DNA of 61,734 nucleotides from a virus. Taxonomy: Duplodnaviria; Heunggongvirae; Uroviricota; Caudoviricetes. Every line of letters starts with the position of its first letter. Position 1 is the stretch's first letter. The stretch lies in the IMG/VR virus record IMGVR_UViG_2529292751_000001, positions 1 to 61,734 of that record. The stretch is one strand, 5' to 3'. This document shows, piece after piece, positions 10,258-16,438 of this stretch. Under the pieces are notes generated by a model that saw only the letters and a list, made by a program, of their open reading frames with translations, made no database searches and was not told the DNA's origin. The position numbers were made by a program, and so were the translations under genes.

Positions 10258-11996
10258 TATTGAAGTAAGTCATCGTTTCCACCAGTTTTTAAGATATCGT
10301 TCTCTAATAGAGTTGCTACATAGTTTCCATATCCAATAGAGGAGTATCTATCCTTTGTAGTTGTTCCGACTTCTTTAATTTTGATGTAACCACTTCTAAC
10401 TTCATAAACAAGGTTAACAAGCTCATTCGTTAAAGCAGTTGTCTGCAGAAACGGTCTAAGCATATGAACCTGTTCTTCTGTTGTTTTCTTCATATAACCC
10501 TTACGTTCAATTAGCTCTTCCTTCGCTTCAATATCATTGATAAGTAAGCGAATTTTTCGCTTCTCAAAGGCGATTCGTAATCCAGTAGCAACCTTATGGT
10601 TTAGCTCAGAATTACCTTTAATTGAGTAGATGATTGGAATGGCGTTAGGGTCAATTTTACGCTCATCCATTGCCTCATCATTAATTACTGTCCAAGCAGG
10701 ATATTCTTCATCTCTATCTTTGTCATAGAGTATTTTTGTACAAGAATCATAGATTGCTATACCGTTACCATTTGTATCCATGCCAACAAAGTCAGCTTCG
10801 AAATCATAGAATAGTTGTTTCAATCTAATTGCTTGGAGTTCGGCATGTTGTCCTGCCATACTCTCTAAATACACAACATCGCGCCTAAATTCTTCGCCTT
10901 GTGGCAATAATCTCATTAGCGTGAAAGCAGTTGTATCATTCTTAACCGATTTACTGCTACCCATCAAGGCAATATCCATACTTACGATACGGATTTCTCC
11001 TGCCTGCTTAGGCATGTTCGTAAGTTTCTTTCTGCTACCCTTATTCTCTACATACTCTCGGTCTGTAGGAGGATAGAAAGGTTTAGGAAGTGTTCTACAC
11101 TTCTGGATATCATCTAATTTGTAGTAAGCGTTCTCATTTTCACCAACAAAAAGCGCCTCATACTCCATGTCCCAACTCATCTGGTCAAAGTCTTCTTCTG
11201 TTCTCTGTTGCTCTACACGCTTCCTAGATAGGAGCTTGTGGAATACAGATAACTGCCAAGGCAGTACAGCAACGAAGTAATCTTTTCCTGCCATCATTTG
11301 TTTTAAATACGAATTAAAAGATTCATATATCCAATGATTCTTATACCACGCTGAAGAGATATAAATTTCCTTATTCTCTTCTTCTAAGTGTTGGTATTTA
11401 GGATTTGCTAGGTAAGGTGGAGTACGGTTTACGTTCAAGAATGGACGTAAAATAGTATCGATTGTTTCTTTTGATATCAACCTAAACTCGTCAACTATTA
11501 ATATATTAGCGCGATAACCGCGAGCCGAGTCACCGCTCGTAACCGCAGTAATCTTAGAACCGTTAAAGAAGACTACGTAACATTCATTTGCACTAGTCTT
11601 AAACTCTTTAATCTCTCGTTCTACGTTTTTAGAGTTGTTTTTCAGAGCAAATATCTTCTCTGTAATGATTAATCTCGCCTGCCCTTTTGTACCAGATGCA
11701 AGCACGATATTAGAGCCTGGAAAAAGTATAGCCCTAATTACACAGTAAACTGCGATTAGGTAAGACTTCCCTTGTCCGCGCGCCGCCAAATACATAAAGA
11801 AACCATAGTGGTTCATAGCCCACAACAAAATCTTTTGATATAGGAACAAGTGTATTCCGAGATAATCCTTTGCAAATCTCTGTGGATTTGCTCTATAGAA
11901 CGATGTCCATAATTTAAAGCCATCTCTCAGCTTATCTGTTTTCGTTTTTGATTCTTGGGATTTTTTAGTAACCTTAGACATATTAGTCTTCACCAT
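10245..11996 (-). CDS. terL: Terminase large subunit
   Basis: Walker A AARGQGKS, Walker B ILIVDEF, ISSA motif III, RNase H-like nuclease (SMDIA, MDTNGNG, KDRYSS). Confidence 0.93.
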   Translation of the reverse strand: MVKTNMSKVTKKSQESKTKTDKLRDGFKLWTSFYRANPQRFAKDYLGIHLFLYQKILLWAMNHYGFFMYLAARGQGKSYLIAVYCVIRAILFPGSNIVLASGTKGQARLIITEKIFALKNNSKNVEREIKEFKTSANECYVVFFNGSKITAVTSGDSARGYRANILIVDEFRLISKETIDTILRPFLNVNRTPPYLANPKYQHLEEENKEIYISSAWYKNHWIYESFNSYLKQMMAGKDYFVAVLPWQLSVFHKLLSRKRVEQQRTEEDFDQMSWDMEYEALFVGENENAYYKLDDIQKCRTLPKPFYPPTDREYVENKGSRKKLTNMPKQAGEIRIVSMDIALMGSSKSVKNDTTAFTLMRLLPQGEEFRRDVVYLESMAGQHAELQAIRLKQLFYDFEADFVGMDTNGNGIAIYDSCTKILYDKDRDEEYPAWTVINDEAMDERKIDPNAIPIIYSIKGNSELNHKVATGLRIAFEKRKIRLLINDIEAKEELIERKGYMKKTTEEQVHMLRPFLQTTALTNELVNLVYEVRSGYIKIKEVGTTTKDRYSSIGYGNYVATLLENDILKTGGNDDLLQYCLW

Positions 11997-12843
11997 CTAG
12001 CTTAACTATGTCTTCATCTTTAATCATTCCGAATACACGCTTAATTTGCGTTACGAACCATCGTTCAACGTATTTCTTAATACCGTCAACGTCTCTTAGG
12101 TCTTCGGATGCTTCTGGAATAGGCTCTGTTTCCTCAATTTTCTTTACCCAAGAACCCCAGTCATTTAATCCGTTGTCTTGGGCGTTACCCATGTCTTGGA
12201 CTGGTTTTAAGTTAGCATCGTTCATCTGTTTCGATAAAGTATTCATTAACTTTTCGAACTTACCAACGTCACCGTCATCTAATGCGGTATTTGCTAACCA
12301 TTGAGTACGTGCCATATTCTTATAGATGTTCTCTTGGATTGGGGTATCGCATCCATAGGCGATTGCGAGTCTATCGAACTCTTCTTGCAGGAACATATAA
12401 TCGTCCTTTTGCAAGTTTCTTCCCCATCTCTTGACAATAGTTTCGGTTACCTCGAAATCTTCATATTCGATTTCGGTCAGTTCGGCTCTATTTGTTCTTC
12501 CTGTTAAATCATCACTATCTTTGAATCTCTTCTCTTGATTCTGCTTGAGTGAATTGATATTTTTGAAGTAAGTGCCGACTGTCTCTGTACTAGCGTCATT
12601 CGCTACTTTCCATTGTGATTTAAAATACGGAATATCCATTGTCCGTAAAAAATCAACCATTGTGTCCATGTCGTCTAAATCGACATTCTCTTTCACACAT
12701 TTTTTACAGAATCCAAATCTTTCATTTATTAACGGATTCCTGTGTGAATAAAAAGAAGAAACCGCATATTCTTTACCGCATTTCAAACAAGTCTTTTTTC
12801 CCGATGGCTGTCGCGCCATACACATCACCGCCTTGTGAAACAC
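11983..12843 (-). CDS. Putative terminase small subunit-like protein with N-terminal Zn finger
   Basis: CLKC...FCKKC Zn motif; immediately upstream of and overlapping terL. Confidence 0.6.
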   Translation of the reverse strand: MFHKAVMCMARQPSGKKTCLKCGKEYAVSSFYSHRNPLINERFGFCKKCVKENVDLDDMDTMVDFLRTMDIPYFKSQWKVANDASTETVGTYFKNINSLKQNQEKRFKDSDDLTGRTNRAELTEIEYEDFEVTETIVKRWGRNLQKDDYMFLQEEFDRLAIAYGCDTPIQENIYKNMARTQWLANTALDDGDVGKFEKLMNTLSKQMNDANLKPVQDMGNAQDNGLNDWGSWVKKIEETEPIPEASEDLRDVDGIKKYVERWFVTQIKRVFGMIKDEDIVKLDGED

Positions 12844-12874
12844 GAATAAAAGGAAAGGAGATTACTCCCCTTCC

Positions 12875-13315
12875 CTAAATGTTTTCTGCAATTTTTATTA
12901 CATCTGTTAATGCGTCATAAACAGATTCTAGTTTTAATTCAATTCTAAATTTACTACCACTACCAAAGTGTTCTTTAACCTCTTGCGGTAAGTAATGCGG
13001 TAGAATCATAATGTCTGACTCATGGTCAATGTATTTCTTATGAATTCCTTTGATATCATCTGCATAGAAAGCATTGCCTTCTTCTCCAATATCAGAGGTA
13101 ATAAGAAAATATTCTTCAGCGCCTAAATCAATTCCCTTTTCATCATATAATGATAGGTCGATTACTTTTAAAAGCTCGAATGTATCATTTTTATCTAAGA
13201 CAATTGCAATATTGCGCTTTGTTTCTCCATATGGATGTCCACCAATGAAGTAAGCGATATGCTCCATCGCTATTTTATGTGAGTCTACTGGCATTTCATA
13301 TTTAACTTGGTTCAC
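12875..13315 (-). CDS. Hypothetical protein
   Basis: 146 aa ORF, co-directional, overlaps upstream ORF. Confidence 0.65.
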   Translation of the reverse strand: MNQVKYEMPVDSHKIAMEHIAYFIGGHPYGETKRNIAIVLDKNDTFELLKVIDLSLYDEKGIDLGAEEYFLITSDIGEEGNAFYADDIKGIHKKYIDHESDIMILPHYLPQEVKEHFGSGSKFRIELKLESVYDALTDVIKIAENI

Positions 13316-13505
13316 CGTTAAGCAACCTCCCTGCTTCTAAATGATAAGAAGATTCTGCAATGTTTTTCTGCATTTCAACATATCGTTGCATATCAGAGAT
13401 TTGTTTAATATCAATGTTTTCATGACTCTTAATGTCATTAATTTTCCCTTGAACGAATTCCCAGTTTGAATTTAGGGACTCTTGTTTTGTTTTAATGTCT
13501 TTCAT
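13302..13505 (-). CDS. Hypothetical protein
   Basis: 67 aa ORF with GAGAGAGGG RBS. Confidence 0.6.
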   Translation of the reverse strand: MKDIKTKQESLNSNWEFVQGKINDIKSHENIDIKQISDMQRYVEMQKNIAESSYHLEAGRLLNGEPS

Positions 13506-13532
13506 GTCTATGTTCCCTCTCTCTCAATAAGA

Positions 13533-13679
13533 CATTTCTACAGTGCGTTAGGCTGTGAAGCACGAAACTTCACAAGGTAAACACAAAGGAGTGTGCGAGA
13601 ATAACGAGTGCAACTAAAGATAAATAACTTTAATACACAAAGGATTGGTGTACTACACACCCTAACGCACTGCAGAATG
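13533..13679. ncRNA. Candidate multi-hairpin ncRNA
   Basis: Perfect 12-bp inverted repeat CAGTGCGTTAGG (13541-13552)/CCTAACGCACTG (13661-13672) enclosing several small hairpins. Confidence 0.55.
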
Positions 13680-13790
13680 CTTTGGTCTAATACGATTTAA
13701 AAGACCCAAATAATAAGACCTCTCTTGGAGGAATTCAACGCACCGCATATAGCAGTGCAACACAATATTTAATTTTAAAAGAACTTACAA

Positions 13791-13861
13791 CAGGGGCTGT
13801 AGGAATCGAACCCACACTGAAGGTTTTGGAGACCTCTGTTCTACCGTTAAACTAAGCCCCT
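13791..13861 (-). tRNA. trnW: tRNA-Trp(CCA)
   Basis: AGGGGCT acceptor, GAGGT-CT CCA AA-ACCTT anticodon arm, GGTTCGATTCC T arm; 3' CCA not encoded. Confidence 0.95.
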
Positions 13862-13865
13862 AAGA

Positions 13866-13942
13866 TGGCATCCCATACAGGATTCGAACCTGCAAATCCT
13901 CGATAGAAAGTCGAGTGTGTTAGCCAATTTCACCAATGGGAC
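13866..13942 (-). tRNA. trnE: tRNA-Glu(TTC)
   Basis: Cloverleaf, CTCGA-CT TTC TA-TCGAG, encoded CCA. Confidence 0.95.
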
Positions 13943-13943
13943 A

Positions 13944-14029
13944 TGATTCGGAACGATGGATTTGAACCACCCCTTCTGTTGACAATATGTACACTTATTC
14001 AACAGATGTTCTTCGTTAAACTATTCCGC
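13944..14029 (-). ncRNA. tRNA-like RNA with extended anticodon arm (mimic or pseudo-tRNA)
   Basis: Acceptor (G)CGGAAT/GTTCCG(A), Trp-like D arm, T arm GGTGG-TTCAAAT-CCATC; anticodon arm is an 8-bp stem with a 16-nt loop. Confidence 0.7.
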
Positions 14030-14036
14030 ATAAAAA

Positions 14037-14110
14037 TGCCGACTGTAGGAATCGAACCCACGACCTGTTGCTTACAAGGCAACCGCTCTGACCTGCTGAG
14101 CTAAGTCGGC
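14037..14110 (-). tRNA. trnT: tRNA-Thr(TGT)
   Basis: Cloverleaf, GTTGC-CT TGT AA-GCAAC; CCA not encoded. Confidence 0.95.
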
Positions 14111-14183
14111 AAGAACTGAGATATTTGCCGATATCTCAGAACGACCAATTAAATATAAAATAGGAGGACTACAAATGAATAAA

Positions 14184-14255
14184 AGGGACATGAGGGAATC
14201 GAACCCTCGTCATCTGGTTGGAAGCCAGAGATAATAGCCTCTATACGAATGCCCC
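14184..14255 (-). tRNA. trnG: tRNA-Gly(TCC)
   Basis: Cloverleaf, TCTGG-CT TCC AA-CCAGA, U73; CCA not encoded. Confidence 0.93.
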
Positions 14256-14259
14256 ATAA

Positions 14260-14336
14260 TGGAGGAGAGAGTGAGATTCAAACTCACGAATAATAGGGTT
14301 GCAACCTATCGCGTTAAGCCACTTCGCCATCTCTCC
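14260..14336 (-). tRNA. trnC: tRNA-Cys(GCA)
   Basis: ATAGG-TT GCA AC-CCTAT, U73, encoded CCA; T loop TTTGAAT is atypical. Confidence 0.9.
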
Positions 14337-14339
14337 ATG

Positions 14340-14424
14340 TGGTGGGAAAGGTAGGATTCGAACCTACGAAACATAAAGTAACTGATTTACAGTCAGCCTG
14401 CTTTAACCTCTTGCATACTCGCCC
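14340..14424 (-). tRNA. trnY: tRNA-Tyr(GTA)
   Basis: GCTGA-CT GTA AA-TCAGT, long variable arm, encoded CCA. Confidence 0.93.
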
Positions 14425-14453
14425 AAATAGCGCCTATATTAAGGCGCACATAA

Positions 14454-14723
14454 TTAGTTAATTTCAATAAAGTTATTAATCTTAGCTCTAAATTGAGCAT
14501 TCATATCTTTGCCTGCTTTTGCTCTATCTACAGAGCCTTGTAAAGCATCAATTTCATTTCGCTTTTTGGCGATTTCAGATTGTGCATCTAAGATAATTGC
14601 ATCAAACTCAGCATCAGATTTCTCGACTGTTGTAATCGCATCTGAAAATACAGTTTGTGCATTCTTAAAAATACCTTCTGCCTTTGTAATCTTTGAATCA
14701 TAATTAGTTGTTCTCTTTAGCAT
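14454..14723 (-). CDS. Small coiled-coil protein inside tRNA array
   Basis: 89 aa, GGGAGAATGAGAGAG RBS region, followed by GCGCCT/AGGCGC hairpin (14430-14447). Confidence 0.75.
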   Translation of the reverse strand: MLKRTTNYDSKITKAEGIFKNAQTVFSDAITTVEKSDAEFDAIILDAQSEIAKKRNEIDALQGSVDRAKAGKDMNAQFRAKINNFIEIN

Positions 14724-14757
14724 AACTCTCTCATTCTCCCTTGTTTGCTAATTTTAA

Positions 14758-14833
14758 TGGTGCGGATGGCAGGATTTGAACCTGCGTGACCTGCGCCCCA
14801 AACGCAGTGACTGACCAACTAGCCTACATCCAC
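14758..14833 (-). tRNA. trnP: tRNA-Pro(TGG)
   Basis: CTGCG-TT TGG GG-CGCAG, encoded CCA. Confidence 0.93.
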
Positions 14834-14896
14834 ATGAATACTTGGAGTTTCAGCTTACCGTTATATTGGGCATCACTATAGTAGCCAAGCATCGTA

Positions 14897-14983
14897 AGGA
14901 GAATACAGGATTCGAACCTGTGGGAGCATTAAATCTCCACTTCTTTAGCAAAGAAGCACAATAAGCCACTCTGACAATTCTCC
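14897..14983 (-). tRNA. trnS: tRNA-Ser(GCT)
   Basis: CTTCT-TT GCT AA-AGAAG, long variable arm; discriminator U, CCA not encoded. Confidence 0.9.
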
Positions 14984-14990
14984 ATGATTT

Positions 14991-15152
14991 GCTAGATATC
15001 TTGAACCTGTGTACTAAGATATCTGAAGTTTTAACCTACTAAACAGGACTCATCCTTGTAGGAGGAAGCTTCATATCCTCATCGCTAAATAGGAACTCCC
15101 CTTAAAGTCGCTCTAGAAACATACGATAAAAGGTGAATACTTTCTATCTAGC
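14991..15152 (-). ncRNA. Candidate structured RNA between the two tRNA-Ser genes
   Basis: Terminal complement GCTAGATA/TATCTAGC enclosing hairpins GAGGA..TCCTC and CCTAC..GTAGG. Confidence 0.45.
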
Positions 15153-15176
15153 GGTCAAGATATGAATAAGGTAATG

Positions 15177-15266
15177 TGGCGGAGAGTGAGGGACTTGAAC
15201 CCCCATCGGCTTTTACACCTACGCTAGTTTTCAAGACTAGTCTCTTACCAATTAGAGTAACTCTCC
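15177..15266 (-). tRNA. trnS: tRNA-Ser(TGA)
   Basis: CTAGT-CT TGA AA-ACTAG, long variable arm, G73, encoded CCA. Confidence 0.93.
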
Positions 15267-15271
15267 ACATT

Positions 15272-15346
15272 TGGCGAGGATAACGAGATTCGAACTCGTG
15301 CTACATGGTAGACAGCCATGTGTGTTAACCACTACACTATATCCCC
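15272..15346 (-). tRNA. trnD: tRNA-Asp(GTC)
   Basis: CATGG-CT GTC TA-CCATG, encoded CCA. Confidence 0.95.
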
Positions 15347-15448
15347 AAGGTTGTTCTAGCCACCACAGCTAGAACAGGAGGTAGGAGGTTTTAAAATGAA
15401 CCAAGATTAAGGTGATTATCGATTGGCTTAAACCAATGTCAAATCATA

Positions 15449-15545
15449 TGGAGTTCTGTAGGTGGGAATCGAACCCACATGACAATCATAGGTACTCGCT
15501 TTTAATTAAGCTCTTACTGGATATTGTCGCTGACCTTCACAGAAC
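15449..15545 (-). ncRNA. 97-nt tRNA-like RNA (acceptor stem, T arm and CCA; no D arm or anticodon arm)
   Basis: GTTCTGT(G)/(T)ACAGAAC-T-CCA, GTGGG-TTCGATT-CCCAC; middle is an irregular long helix GACAAT..ATTGTC. Confidence 0.7.
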
Positions 15546-15549
15546 ATAA

Positions 15550-15626
15550 TGGCGTGTCTAGATGGACTCGAACCATCGACCCTCCGCTTAACAGGCGGAT
15601 GCTCTAACCAACTGAGCTACAGACAC
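15550..15626 (-). tRNA. trnN: tRNA-Asn(GTT)
   Basis: TCCGC-CT GTT AA-GCGGA, encoded CCA. Confidence 0.95.
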
Positions 15627-15708
15627 GTAATGCGGATAGTACCGTTCCTATCCGCAAGACATATAACATATATAGTAGGAGGAAAATACATGTCGAGAAA
15701 AAACAAGC

Positions 15709-15754
15709 AGGTTGCAACTGGACTTGAACCAGTTATTATCCAACGAGGACAACC
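15709..15754 (-). ncRNA. Mini tRNA-like element (acceptor-like stem plus T arm only)
   Basis: GGTTGT/GCAACC stem enclosing a 14-nt linker and AACTGG-TTCAAGT-CCAGTT. Confidence 0.4.
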
Positions 15755-15757
15755 ATG

Positions 15758-15785
15758 AAAAGAAGCCACGCCAATCAGCATGACT
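15758..15785 (-). terminator. Intrinsic terminator after HU gene
   Basis: AGTCATGC-TGATTG-GCGTGGCT followed by TCTTTT. Confidence 0.65.
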
Positions 15786-15834
15786 CCTTGGGTATGTTTT
15801 GGAGAACAATGTCTCCAGTTATGTTTGTTTTAAA

Positions 15835-16104
15835 TTAGAATTTACGTAATGATTTTGCTAATTTAGCAGATGCTTTACGGTGTGCAGGAACAACGATTTC
15901 TTCACCAGTTTGAGGATTACGAGCAGTTCCTTGTGCAACTTCTTTTGATACAAATGAAGCTAAACCTTTAAGTTCTACATCTTCTCCGCGAGTTACAGCG
16001 CCAACAATTACTTCTTTAAAAGCATCGAAATGTGCCTTTGCGTCTTTCTTAGTTCCACCTGTAATTTCTGCCATTGCGTTTACTACTTCTGTTGTTTTCA
16101 TCAT
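15835..16104 (-). CDS. hup: HU-family DNA-binding protein
   Basis: ARNPQTGEEIVVPA arm motif; start refined to ATG 16104 after AAGGGGAG RBS. Confidence 0.92.
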   Translation of the reverse strand: MMKTTEVVNAMAEITGGTKKDAKAHFDAFKEVIVGAVTRGEDVELKGLASFVSKEVAQGTARNPQTGEEIVVPAHRKASAKLAKSLRKF

Positions 16105-16186
16105 AATTTGATATCTCCCTTTCTCTCTCATTCCATTATGAGATTTAATAAAATATTTGTTTTATTAGTTTTTTAATAATTTTGTT

Positions 16187-16258
16187 TGAGCCAAAGGTGG
16201 GAATCGAACCCACTCTACCACCTTGCGATGATAAGCCTTCCATTTACTTCTCTTCGGC
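16187..16258 (-). ncRNA. tRNA mimic with GCAA tetraloop replacing the anticodon loop
   Basis: GCCGAAG/CTTTGGC acceptor, AAGT/GCTT D stem with GG loop, TCATC-GCAA-GGTGG arm, GTGGG-TTCGATT-CCCAC T arm, 3' TCA. Confidence 0.75.
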
Positions 16259-16260
16259 AT

Positions 16261-16290
16261 AATAAAAAGCCCAAGCTAGGAGACTTGGGC
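16261..16290 (-). terminator. Intrinsic terminator-like hairpin directly 5' of the tRNA mimic
   Basis: GCCCAAG-TCTCCTAG-CTTGGGC followed by TTTTTATT. Confidence 0.7.
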
Positions 16291-16438
16291 AAATTTGAGA
16301 TACAACGATTTAGGAGGCAATCATTAATTGCTAAGTTTTTAAATCAGTTTAACCACTTCTGCAAATCTTTTGCTTAGTGGCTTACACTATATATAGCAGT
16401 AGCCTCCGAAATAGTTCGTATCATTTCTCATATTTTTT

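Noticed and set aside
27-13300. Many + strand ORFs of 60-120 aa opposite the virion genes
   Set aside because: Antisense shadows of long - strand genes; no RBS and protein-unlike composition.
15449-15545. tRNA-Sec interpretation (8/5 stem arithmetic) to explain UGA readthrough
   Set aside because: No UCA anticodon loop, no D arm, and no sel genes in the window.
15549-15758. 69-aa + strand ORF and 16186-16377 ORF
   Set aside because: Antisense to tRNA-Asn and to the tRNA mimic; starts fall inside the RNA genes.
13700-16260. Theta (HDV-like) ribozymes at tRNA 3' ends
   Set aside because: Trailers are short or AT-rich and I could not build the nested double pseudoknot by eye.
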